Assembly: GCA_024679065.1 (NCBI GenBank)
Contig: JAGIQG010000009.1
Coordinates: forward strand, 67,022,001 to 67,086,000
Direction of reading: 5' to 3'
Length of the DNA: 64,000 nucleotides
From: Sphyrna mokarran
Taxonomy: Eukaryota
In this document: positions 25,976 through 37,271 of the stretch, piece by piece
Numbering within the stretch: the first letter of the stretch is position 1
How the letters are laid out: each line of letters begins with the position of its first letter
Translations under genes and position numbers: made by a program
Notes under the pieces: model-generated
Told to the model about the DNA's origin: nothing
Databases searched by the model: none
What the model saw: the letters and a program-made list of their open reading frames with translations, nothing else

Positions 25976-26604
25976 TTTACTAATCTGTGCTGGGTCTTCT
26001 TTATCAACTCAAATCTCTCAAAGTGCATGTTGATTCCTTCCTTCATTGTTTCTAAATTTTGATCACCACTGATATTATATAACTGAATCTGTAGTTGCTC
26101 ACCTCACACCCTTTCTTAAGTATTTGCTCCTTTCCAATCCTTGTGGACTTCACGGTATATAGAGGAGATTGGACGATTACTATAAGCTTTTTTCCTCTGC
26201 CCACACTTCCTTTAGCAACCTGGGATGTGAGCCATCTGGACCAGATCACTTCCAATCGAAGGAGAGTCAGCCTTTTCAGTAACTCAGGTCTCTCAGTTTT
26301 CACTGTATCATTACCCCTACCATCTCCACTTCTGCTGATGTTTCCTTAGTAAACAGTGAGGCAAAGTACTTAAGAAATAAACTAAACTTCCTGTGTCTCT
26401 AAGTACACACTGTCCTCCTTATCTATAATAGAACGCACTCTCCCTCTTCCTATCTGTGTACTATTTTCATGCCTGTAGAGGAATTAGGGGATTCCTTTTG
26501 TGTTGATTATCATTGGATTCTTATAGTCTCTCTCAACCAGTTTTAATTTCCTCATCACTTTCCCTCACAACTGGTTGGAGGGATTTGCCTCTCTTAAAGT
26601 TTAG

Positions 26605-26747
26605 AAGTTTATTTATTAGTCACAAGTAAGGCTTACATTAACACTGCAATGAAATTACTGTGAAACTCCACACACACAGTGACCCAAGCCAGGAATTGAA
26701 CTCGGGTCCCTAGCGCTGTGAGGCAGCAATACTAACCACTGTGCCAT
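26605..26747 (-). mobile_element. V-SINE, alternative tail, internally deleted
   Basis: GTTTATTTATTAGTCACAAGTAAGGCTTACATTAACACTGCAATGAA joined to the reverse tRNA-like head GAATTGAACTCGGGTCCCTAGCGCTGTGAGGCAGC. Confidence 0.8.
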
Positions 26748-26849
26748 TTTTGTTTTTGGTGGAGGCGGATGGCAGCAGGGGAGGGAAAATCACATGGGAG
26801 TCTTAAAATGGCTTTTATGTTATCAGGATGTCCCCAATCTGAAAGTTGT

Positions 26850-27205
26850 GTACACAATTATGACAGGGTCAGATAAGGTAGACAAAGAAAAGCTGTTTCC
26901 ATTCTCTCTAATCATGAAAGGATTAAGGAACTTAGATTTACTGCTTTGGACAACACATGGAGAGTGAATGTGAAGAGGAAGTTCTATTTCACAGAGTGCT
27001 TTGGAACTCATTACTGATGAGGACGGTGGAAACACAGACAATCAATGGTTTTAAAAATAAATTGGGCAGGCGTTTGAGAAAAACAACTTGCAAGACCATG
27101 GTGTTAGAACAGGGGAATGGAACTGGCTGGATTGCTCCACAGACAGCCAACACTAACTCAATGGGATGAATGGTCTCTTTGCGTTCCACAGATCACTCTA
27201 TGGCT
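26850..27205 (+). mobile_element. CR1 3' end
   Basis: GATAAGGTAGACAAAGAAAAGCTGTTTCCA; FHRVLWNSL; ATGGGATGAATGGTCTC tail. Confidence 0.7.
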
Positions 27206-27411
27206 CAGTGATCTATGCAAATGTTAACATTTGCTCAGAATGCATCCTACATTTCTGATCTTCACTGATAACCACTTCCACAATCATACTGGATGACTAT
27301 CTTAAACTATCTTCAAAATGCTAGAAAATTGTACCAATTTAATCTTGTATCTTAGAACAAGTTGTTCTTTCAAATTTATTTCCTAAGTACGAGTTTAAAA
27401 AGCTTGGTATT

Positions 27412-29430
27412 ATCAGCTGTGGCCCAGAGATAACAGTGGGTTAGAAGATTGTGAGTTCAAGTCTGACTCTGGGGATTTAAACGTATAATCTGGACTGACT
27501 CATCAGTGCAGTACCGAGGGAGTTTTGGTCTATTGGTCAGGCCAGAACAGTGCTGAGGGAGCATTGGTCAGGACAGAACAGTGCTGAGGGAGCATTGGTC
27601 AGACCAGAACAATGCTGTGGGAGCATTGGTCAGACTAGAATAATGCTGAGGGAGCGTTGGTCAGACTAGAACAATGCTGAGGGAGCATTGGTCAGGCCAG
27701 AACAATGCTGAGGGAGCATTGGTCAGACTAGAACAATGCTGAGGGAGCATTGGTCAGGCCAGAACAATGCTGAGGGAGTATTGGTCAGGCCAGAACAATG
27801 CTGAGGGAGCATTGGTCAGGCCAGAACAATGCTGAGGGAGTATTGGTCAGGCCAGAACAGTGCTGAGGGAGCATTGGTCAGGCCACAACAGTGCTGAGGG
27901 AGCATTGGTCAGACCAGAACAGTGCTGAGGGAGCATTGGTCAGACTAGAACAATGCTGAGGGAGCATTGGTCAGACTAGAACAATGCTGAGGGAGCATTG
28001 GTCAGACTAGAACAACGCTGAGGGAGCATTGGTCAGACCAGAACAATGCTGAGGGAGCATTGGTCAGACTAGAACAATGCTGAGGGAGCATTGGTCAGGC
28101 CAGAACAGTGCTGAGGGAGCATTCGTCAGACCAGAACAGTGCTGAGGGAGCATTCGTCAGGCCAAACCAGTGCTGAGGGAGCGTTGGTCAGACCAGAACA
28201 ATGCTGAGGGAGCATTGGTCAGGCCAGAACAGTGCTGAGGGAGCATTGGTCAGGCCAGAACAGTGCTGAGGGAGCATTGGTCAGGCCAGAACAGTGCTGA
28301 GGGAGCATTGGTCAGACCAGAACAGTGCTGAGGGAGCATTGGTCAGGCCAGAACAGTGCTGAGCGAGTGTTGGTCAGGCCAGAACAGTGTTGAGTGAGCA
28401 TTGGTCAGACCAGAACAGTGCTGAGGGGGCATTGGTCAGACCAGAACAATGCTGAGGGAGCGTTGGTCAGGCCAGAACAGTGCTGAGGGAGTGTTGGTCA
28501 GGCCAGAACAGTGCTGAGGGAGCGTTGGTCAGGCCAGAACAGTGCTGAGGGAGCATTGGTCAGGCCAGAACAGTGCTGAGGGAGCATTGGTCAGACCAGA
28601 ACAGTGCTGACGGAGCGTTGGTCAGGCCAGAACAGTGCTGACGGAGCATTGGTCAGACCAGAACAGTGCTGAGGGAGCATTCGTCAGGCCAAACCAGTGC
28701 TGAGGGAGCGTTGGTCAGAGCAGAACAGTGTTGAGGGAGCATTGGTCAGGCCAGAACAGTGCTGAGGGAGCGTTGGTCAGAGCAGAACAGTGTTGAGGGA
28801 GCGTTGGTCAGGCCAGAACAGTGCTGAGGGAGCATTGGTCAGAGCAGAACAGTGCTGAGTGTGTTTGTCTGCTGAAGGTTCCAACTGAGACATAAAATTA
28901 GGCCCTATGTGCTCACTCAGGAGGTGTAAATGTTCCATGGCATTATTGGAAAAGCAACAAGAGAGACCGTGCAATATTCTGTCCAATATTTATCCATCAA
29001 TCAACATCATTAAAGCAGATTATTTAGTCATTGTGACATTGTTGTTTATGGGATCTTACAGTGCACAAATTGGCTGCTGCTGCTTTTGCTGTTGTAATAT
29101 GCTTTTAAGGCATTGCAGCATAACATTACCTGAAAGTAAGAGTTTTAGATTCACTTTGCTTTCAAGCAGAGCACATGCAAACAACTCTGCTGCTTCACCA
29201 GATTCACCTTTACTTACGAACGTCAAGCTTCCTACCTATTTACACCTGTTTTCTTGTGCTTAGTTCTAATAAACAATATGTTTACCAAAGCCCTTCTGAG
29301 TGATTGGTGCCTTTATATCTTTATAAAGACACATTTTCTACATTACAACAGAGACCTCACCTAAAAGGTATTTCATTGGTTGTGAAGTCAGAAAATCCGA
29401 AGGTCAGAGAAGATGCTATAGAAATTGCAA
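27412..29430 (+). mobile_element. SacSINE1-type Deu-SINE stretched to ~2 kb by an internal minisatellite and a ~250-bp insert
   Basis: Head TCAGCTGTGGCCCAG...GTGAGTTCAAGTC and core CAGTGCAGTACCGAGGGAG at ~27504; body resumes 28861-29082 (CCAATATTTATCC...CAAATTGGCTGC); tail 29334-29430. Confidence 0.75.
27531..28860. repeat. Minisatellite, 31-bp unit, ~43 copies
   Basis: Consensus CAGTGCTGAGGGAGCATTGGTCAGGCCAGAA; period 31 (units start at 28261 and 28292); no spacers. Confidence 0.97.
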
Positions 29431-29888
29431 TAACCTCAACAAGGTCTGTAAGTTCGCCTCTTGGAATATGAGCTCCCCGATTGAGTAATTTTTTTTGGCT
29501 GCCCATCAGGGAGTCTCATTTGTGTATATATTGAAGAGTGCACAGTAAGCAGTCTCACAACACCAGGTTAAAGTCCAACAGGTTTATTTGGAATCATGAG
29601 CTTTTGGAGTGCTGCTCCTTTATCAGGTGAGAATATCCGTCTCTCACCTGATGAAGGAGCAGTGTTTTAAAAGCTCATAATTCCAATCTGTTGGACTTTA
29701 ACCTGGCATTGTGAGACTGCTTACTGTGTCATCCCAATCCAACATAGGCTTTGCCTCCTCATATTGAGGAGTGTCAGGGTTACTGACACTACGGATTCTG
29801 ACTTTGTACCCGAAACATTCTGAGGGGTGGAGTTTGTAAATAAAGATGAATCTGGTGAAGGGACACCAGCATCTGAGGAGTAATTTCA
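29426..29888 (+). mobile_element. Solo LTR (family of 1984-2207) interrupted by a Penelope palindrome
   Basis: TG...CA ends, AATAAA at ~29839, shared motifs with the 1984-2207 copy. Confidence 0.6.
29541..29760. mobile_element. Palindromic Penelope-terminus insertion with hammerhead-like motifs and a 13-bp TSD
   Basis: Arms 29541-29632 and 29642-29728 are inverted around a 9-nt spacer; flanks ATATTGAAGAGTG and ATATTGAGGAGTG; CTGATGA at 29648. Confidence 0.85.
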
Positions 29889-30397
29889 GAAGCACGCATC
29901 CTTTTAGTGCACTGTTATCAATGAAACATCATACTGGTTTGGTTCTGGAGATATTAGTTTGTACCCTGGCAATGTGGAAATGAATAAAAGTCATGGTTAG
30001 GTGAATAATCTCACAGTGCATCTGGATTTTATCTATTCAGAAAATCCTAGGCTCACGATAGACCAGTCCCCAATTTTACTCTCCCAACATTGCAAAGATT
30101 GTTGAGGTAGAAATCCCCTCTTAAATTCAAACATAATGTTTGATATCAATATCTTTTAATGTGACAAATGCATATAATTTAGATAAGTAATGTACCTGCA
30201 ATTATCCCTGTGACTGTTATTTGTTAAAAATATCATCAAAAAAAAGTGAGCTAAAGACAATAGACTTGCCTGCATCAAATCAAAGGGAGGAGACTAAAAA
30301 TGATTTGTGCTCAATTGGTTGTTCAGGTTTTATCTTGTTTCAGTTTCAAATCAGATGATCTGCTCATTTTGGTTATTTTGTTGTTTTTTAACAATAG

Positions 30398-30529
30398 TAT
30401 CTCCAACGTTGCTTACACTTTTTGGAGAAAAGGCATCAAAGCTGCCAGCCCACTGTGTGAAAAAACCCTAGTGCTGGAAGAGGGGCCTGAAGATCAAGAT
30501 GGTTCTGTAACAAGTAAAGATCACCTAAC
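30398..30529 (+). CDS. Candidate internal exon (132 nt, phase 2-2), product unidentified
   Basis: T-rich acceptor TTTTGTTGTTTTTTAACAATAG, donor AC|GTAAGT, open frame ISNVAYTFWRKGIKAASPLCEKTLVLEEGPEDQDGSVTSKDHL; no repeat recognised. Confidence 0.4.
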
Positions 30530-31972
30530 GTAAGTAAAAAAGAAAGATGCTGTATGCCATGTATATGTTCACCATCAGTGTACTGTGTCGCAGAAAAATC
30601 ATTCCTGTCAATTTATGGATGGGAGGAACTCAGTGAGTTAATCACAGAGATTTCCCCATTCATTGTATTCAATAAATCTCCTCCCCGACTACCCCATCCT
30701 GCTCTTGAGTTTGCTGATATTGCTTTTCCACATTTTCAAGCCAGGCTTGAGGGACTGAATGGTATCTTTTTGCTCTTAATTCTTATGTTCTGAGGAAATG
30801 CTGATATTAGTAATACACATGAGCAGGATCTTTTTCCAAGGCAAGACTGTAACAAATCAAATTTCCAATTCTATTCTTATCACAGCTGTAGCACTGATGA
30901 AAAAGTATTGTGTACATAACAGATAGAATTTAACAATTTTTTTATATCAAGGTACCAATTAGGGTGGTAAAATCAAAGAATAGCCCACCAGCTGCACTGT
31001 TGGCTTTTTCCATCATAGTTTTAGACATTTGGTTAAGATAAATCTGAGAGGTGGGATCCCACAATGTTACACTGATGGGACCACCAGAAACTTTCACTTT
31101 TAAAATACTATGCGCCCTTTCAATAAAAAAATCCTCCTCAAACTCCCCAGCACTTTTCCCATGGAACCCTCCGGTGCCTTTCAAATGGAACGTTTTGGCA
31201 CATCACCCATAGATCCTCCCAACATCTCTCCATGGATCCCTTTGGTACTGTCCCCACGGACCCCCCTCCCCCTCCACCAGAATCACCGCAGTGCACATTA
31301 GCACTATCCCCAGTACTGCCTCAGTGTCATATATTTAAGTAATTGCATGATTGCTTTAAAAGCAGGTAACATGATTTGATGGTGCTGTCATTAGAATGCT
31401 GCACAGGTTTCTGTTTTACCTTCAATTTGTACACTATACAGGCAAGGGCTCCGAGAATGAACCTGCTATGTGTTATTTTGAATCTACATGCGTAAACTGT
31501 ATATTTTCTTTTTGCGCTTAAAAGCCGTAACCCCTAACATAGATGGGATATTACACCAGGGGACAATACCTGGAAAAGCCAGGTACTGCTTTGGCATGAC
31601 ACTCACTACCCACCTACTCTCCCCAACTCTCCCCAGAAGGGGTTGTTCTCAATTGTATACCTCTGACAAGTTCTGATTGCAAATTGTGACATGAATGGAC
31701 AATTTATAAATGAATAATTTTATTCATTTTCTATGCCCATTGACTGCCCATCTTTCCTCACGGCTTTGACTCCTGTTACTGTTTACAGGCACAATAGCTA
31801 CCCTCCAATACTTCATTTCTTGTGTTGTCCACTGGGCAAAGCATTCAGTAATAAAGCTGAGCCTGAACCTATCTCAGCTCAATACCTGAATGTAACCACC
31901 TTGCGGCAGAGGTTTTCACACAATCACCAGAAACAGGGCACTAGTTTATTTTTCTGTGACCATCACCTCTAA

Positions 31973-32872
31973 TGCCCAGTTTTATCATTTTGATTCGAAG
32001 TGCTGGGTGGACTTGAATCTGGGAGTGTTTCAGATCCGACTTTTAGACCTGTAGTCAGGCATCCCCATATACATTCCACCCCAAAAAATAGCAGCGACTC
32101 TGAATTGCACTGCACAAGCCTGTGGACGGGACTTACCGTGCCCAAAATGCTGCAGCTCCAATCAGAGCTTTCAACTACACATGCACAGTAAAAGAAATAG
32201 ACAAATGCTACCCTGTCACATCAATCCTGAGCCAGATAATATCTCATCCTAGTCCCTACAGACATTGCCTCACCCCCACAATATAACTGTCCCTTTATCC
32301 TGCTACCCAGACCAATCGCTAGCCCATTGCCCCCTTTGCCCTCACTGATTGCACACAGAGTAGCAGCAGACCCCCTGCTCCCTTCCACCAATTGCACACA
32401 GAGTAGCAGCAGACCCTCTGCTCCCCTCCACCAATTGCACACAGAGTGGCAGCAGACTCCCCCATGCCATCCCCACCAGACAGCCATCTGACCCGCCTCT
32501 GTCTCCCCCATCAGAGAGGCATCTAACCCATCTCCAACCCGCTCCAGCACTACCAATCTGAGTCGGAGGGCCACCAAAAGCTCTGAACTTACCTCCTCAG
32601 AAACCGAATTAGACCTTTTCGGACATGTCTGTTTCACGCCAAATCTGGGTGCGTGAATGCAGTGGTAAAGGGGGAAATGCCGATAAGTTTGGACGTGCAG
32701 CAAATGCATTTAAATTGATGTGGAGCCTGTTTTGGGTGAAGTCCAGATAGTGACTATTTTTGGCAATTGGTAAAGAGGGATCGGGCACGGAGACAGGCAC
32801 AGATTGCGCTACTCATCTCATGCCTAAGTTTGCATGCCCGAAAAAGGGCGCAACTTGGTGGTAAACTCAGGT
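31973..32872. mobile_element. Harbinger-like MITE (~900 bp)
   Basis: Imperfect TIRs GCCCAGTTTTATCA / TGGTAAACTCAGGTC; retains CpGs. Confidence 0.6.
32340..32465. repeat. 43-bp tandem repeat x3 inside the MITE
   Basis: ATTGCACACAGAGT at 32348, 32391 and 32434. Confidence 0.9.
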
Positions 32873-33793
32873 CTTAAGAGTAACTTTCATCTTGCTTTAC
32901 TAGTTAAGACATCCAAAGACACTTCCAAATCAATTTCATGCTGCACTGCCGTAAATTGACATAAAGGTACAGTTTGTTTTTGTACAAACTTCCACTTTTG
33001 GATCCAAATAACAGAAAATACTGTACATCTTGCAGTTAGACTCAGACTGTAACCATTTCATCTCCACTCAGTCCACCCAACATGTGTTCATTCTTAGTAG
33101 TGAGAATGACCCCATTGCACAATATGCTGTTGCGTATTGCACAATGTTACATATCAGGGAAATTGGTCAATGGAATCTAGTTAAAGTAGATGTTTTTGTC
33201 TAAACATGCCTGCCTTTCCATCAACTGTTATGAAATGCAGCCATCACATGTTATATCCCTAATCATTGCACAATGTTTATCTGAGTCAAAACATATTCTG
33301 TTGTGTGATAAATGGAATCCTAGCTCAGTATTGGCTTGAGTTTTCTGGATGGCATGGGGCTTGGCTTGCAGCATTGGAATAGTTGGCAGGAAACACAACA
33401 CAGTTTAACATGCATTAATTGGCTGAAAGCAGGACTTCCATCATGAACATGTACTCTCTTGTGATCTTATATCCCTAAATGCTCCTTCATTTTTTGGTCA
33501 TTGTTGCTTCTTTCAAAGACACAGTCTTTAATTTAGTTGCAGAGTGAGCTCAAATGGCTATAAAGAGAGCAGCTCCTTGATTTTCAGCTCAATATATTCT
33601 TTCTTTTGCTTTTCTTTCATTCTCTACAGTTTGCTGATACATTCAGATAATTGATTTTATATTCAATTTTACACCCTCCCTTCCTTTCGGCCACCTCCCT
33701 GCTAGCATCGAAAATGACTGGAATAAGGAGCATATAATTCTGGCCTATATTTTGTTCTGTTTTTGACATAGTCCAAATTATTTTGAAGTTTAA

Positions 33794-34019
33794 TGTAGTA
33801 AGATTGGTTATCACCAGTTAGCATAACGCACTATAAAGGTATATTTGCAAACATATAAATATACAGAGTACCTACACGGTATTCTCACTTCTAGCTTCAG
33901 CATCCACTCTGACTGCAAAAGCCTGCGCTCTGCACCAAGATGCCACCACTTGTTCCCCATTGGCAGCTGGTTCACATGACCCTCCTGAAGTACACACTTC
34001 TAAGGGGCTAACAACTACA
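33794..34019 (-). mobile_element. Probable short solo LTR (226 bp)
   Basis: Perfect inverted ends TGTAGT...ACTACA; same TGTAGTAAG start as 1984; no clear TSD. Confidence 0.5.
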
Positions 34020-34109
34020 TGGAACATTTCCTGAAAGTTAGTGCTGTTCATTCAACTCACCTATACTTTGGGAGATGTGTCCATCAAGACCAAATAGAAA
34101 TAATAGCAA

Positions 34110-34290
34110 ATAAAATCAAAATACTGTAGATGCTGGAAATCTGAAATAAGAACAGAAAATGCTGGGAAAATGTAACTGGTCTGGCAGCATAAGTGGAGAG
34201 AGAAACAGGGTGTACATCTTGAGTCTGCATGACTCTTTAGAGACTTCTGAAGAAGAGTCAGTTGGATGAGAAACATTAGCTCAGTTTGAA
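34110..34290. mobile_element. Penelope-like terminus, partly inverted, with a hammerhead-like remnant
   Basis: AAAATACTGTAGATGCTGGAAATCTGAAA (family of 17844-18006); CTGAAGA at 34247 and GAAAC at 34270. Confidence 0.65.
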
Positions 34291-34639
34291 ATAAGTAGGT
34301 GCTCCTGTTGGCATGTTGGGAATACTTGTTCTATTTTAGAACATGTACTTTTTCCTGTAACATCAGCTATCATAAGGCTTAAAATATTTCAACATATAAA
34401 GAGCTGATCCAATCATAGACTTCCTTGGTTCTCCGAATTGGTCTTTTAATTATCTTTTTCCTTTCGGTAGAATTGCCATCACTTTTTGCTGAGTGCAGGA
34501 CACCCCATCCTGCAGGAACCAGGCAGATCTGCAGTTATAACTGGTCAGGTTATGGTAACTCGCTGGCAACCACCAGGAATACATCATTTCTGATACTTAA
34601 CTTGATTGTGCAGCCAGCAAAGACACAAAGCTCATGAAA

Positions 34640-34980
34640 TACAACATAGAAAAGAACAGCACAAGAACAGGTCCTTCCATCTTCCACGCCGATCATGATG
34701 CTCTAACTAAACTAAAAAAAATCTTACTCAGTCCATATCCCTCTATTCCTTCCCAATTTATGTACCCATCCAAATGCCTCTTAAATGTTGCTAATGTGCC
34801 TACTTCCACCACCTCCTCTAGCAATGCTAGGCATCCACCACTCTCTGCATAAAAAACCTCCCCCCCGCACATTTCCCTTAAACTTTTCCTTTCCCATCTT
34901 GAACTTATGCCCCCTTAAAATTGATACTTTCACCCTGATTATCCACCTTGTCTATGCCTCTCATAATTTGGTCGATTTCT
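34640..34980 (-). mobile_element. CR1 3' end (different subfamily)
   Basis: AACATAGAAAAGAACAGCACAAGAACAGG is the reverse tail; CCAAATGCCTCTTAAATG. Confidence 0.7.
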
Positions 34981-35607
34981 TGTACTGTGAGGACTCTGCA
35001 GTTCACACAATGGAGATATTGGCTGGCCAGTTATTCCTGATGTCATTGCTATATGTTTGCCAAAGGTCTGTTGTTTATTAGAAGATTCGAAGGCAGATGG
35101 AATAGTAACAAGAGCTTTGGTGAATAGATGCCATTCATAGTTGGGTGGTATCCTCTGCTTCCTTTCATAAATGTATCTAGAGTATAGATTATCACATTGG
35201 GCTCAATCTGTCACTTGGTTAGTTTGTGGCATTGCCTAGTGTCTGCCTTGCCAGGTTTTCAATTAAACTTGAGAAGACTAATAGTGGAGATACTGAATTG
35301 ATCTAGCACTACCTGGGATTGCAAAGGTGTATATCAACCAAGGTTCCCAATCTGGGTTGCTATACAGGAACTCTTCTTATTAAGCTTGGAAGAATGAAGT
35401 CTCTTGACAACAAGAACAGATTTGGCTACGATGCCTAACACAGCTGAATAGTCAACTTTTAGTCACAATTCTGCTGGCTGCCTCAGAAAGTACCCAACAT
35501 ATCCCAAACATACTGGCTGATTCCAGGGTCGGGCAAGGCTTGAAGAACGGCATTCTCCCGTTGGCCTTGGGTGGGATCATGCGAATCTGGGGTGAACATG
35601 CCGGTGA

Positions 35608-35913
35608 AATTCCTCCCACTGTCTTCCACCTTCTTCTGTTAAGAAAAATATACAAACATCTGACAACACATTCCAACAGACATACCAACAAACTCAAGAA
35701 CAGTTTTTTCCCTGCTGTATCAGACTTTTGAATGGACCTACCACATACTAAGTTGATCTTTCCCTACATCCTAGCTATGATTGTAACACCATATTCTGCA
35801 CCTTTTCCTTTCTTTCTCCCATGTATTCTATATACAGTATGCTCTGTCTGTATTAAACACAAGAAACAATACTTTTCACTGTATTCCAACAGTAAATAAT
35901 AAATCAAATCAAA
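35608..35913 (+). mobile_element. Rex1/Babar 3' end
   Basis: FHLLL...HTNKLKNSFFPAV; tail AATAAATCAAATCAAA. Confidence 0.8.
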
Positions 35914-35926
35914 TAAAACAATTTAA

Positions 35927-36105
35927 TAAGAACATAAGAAATAGGAGCAGGAGTAGGCCATCCAGCCCCTCGAGCCTGCCTCACCATTCAATAAGATCAT
36001 GGCTGATCTGTAGTGGTTCAGTACCACTTTCCCGCTTTCTCCCACTAACCCTTAATTCCCTTGTCAATTAAAAACCTACCCACTCTTGACTTGAACATAT
36101 TCAGT
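35927..36105 (-). mobile_element. CR1 3' tail
   Basis: ATAAGAACATAAGAAATAGGAGCAGGAGTAGGCCATCCAGCCCCTCGAGCCTGC. Confidence 0.85.
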
Positions 36106-36294
36106 AAGATTTAGTTTCAAATATTTAAAGCACTAAAAGACAACTACCATCTGTACCCAGGAATCAGTGCACTTCGTGTGATGACTGAAAGGGAAAATGT
36201 ATTCTTAAAAACATTTTTAATAGATTCAGTCACAATCTGGATTTAATTAAACCTAAAACCATTTTTTCGACTCCAATTTTATATCTTAATTGGA

Positions 36295-36905
36295 GAGAGG
36301 GATAGAATACAAGAGCAGGATATACTTCGAGGCTATATAAGGCTCTGTTCAGACCCCATTTGGAATTTTGTGAGCAGTTTTGGGTCCCTTATCTAAGGAA
36401 GGATGTGCAAGCCTTGGAAAGAATCCAGAGAAGATTCACAAGAACGATCCCTGGGATGAAGAGCTTGTCATTTGAGAAAAGGTTGAGGCTTCTGGGTCGG
36501 TACTTGTTGGAGTTCAGAAGGATGAGGCGGGAATCTTATTGAAACTTACAGGGTACTGGGGGACATGAATAGAGTGGACATGAAGAGGATGTTTCCACTA
36601 ATAGAAAAAACTAAAACCAGAGGGCACAACCTCATTCTAAAGGGAAAAACAGAGATGAGGAAGAATTTCTCCAGCCAGTGAGTGGTGAATCTGTGGAACT
36701 TTTTGCTGCAGAAGGCTGTGGAGGTGAGATCATTAAGTGTCTTTAAGACAGAGATAGATAGATTCTTGATTAATAAGGGGATTAGGGGTTGTGGGAAAAA
36801 GGCAGGAGAATGGGAATGAGAAAAATATCAGCCATGATTGAATAGTGGAGCAGAATTGATGAGCTGAATTGCCTAATTTTGCTCCTATATCTTATGGTCT
36901 TATGT
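36295..36905 (+). mobile_element. CR1 (HER1-like) 3' end
   Basis: LYKALFRPHLEFCEQFWVPYLRKDVQALERIQRRFTRTIPGMKSLSFEKRL; tail CTTATGGTCTTATG. Confidence 0.9.
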
Positions 36906-37271
36906 CGCACCTTCTTTTTATATCATGCTGGATGCTGCAAGGCCTGATTAATAAGTAGTATATGTTGTCTATGGTATCTATGGAATCTACTGTAAAATCG
37001 ATCAATTTCATTTCATCTGAGGGAGGGTTACAATAGGCATTGAATGAAGACTTCCAAATGATTGGAATGCTGTAGATAACAAAAGGCTACGTTCTGGTCA
37101 AAGCATACTTATACACAAGCATCTCATGGATGAACAGGAGAATGATGGCGTCAGAGTGTGGCAACTTCTTGCAAGCTGTCCCCAGCATACCATATAATTC
37201 TATCTTTTATTCATGTTCTATGCTTTTAAACTTGTAACTCTAACTCTTATAAACTCTCTAACAATGCTACT

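Noticed and set aside
27531-28860. CRISPR-like array or coding repeat
   Set aside because: Units are head-to-tail with no unique spacers, there are no cas genes, the context is eukaryotic, 31 is not a multiple of 3, and no long ORF spans the array.
32221-32709. 162-aa minus-strand ORF
   Set aside because: It lies in a GC-rich MITE and includes the 43-bp tandem repeat; no protein motif.
35927-36905. Inverted CR1 pair as a single twin-primed insertion
   Set aside because: Both pieces carry a 3' tail, differ in sequence and are separated by unrelated DNA; two independent insertions is simpler.
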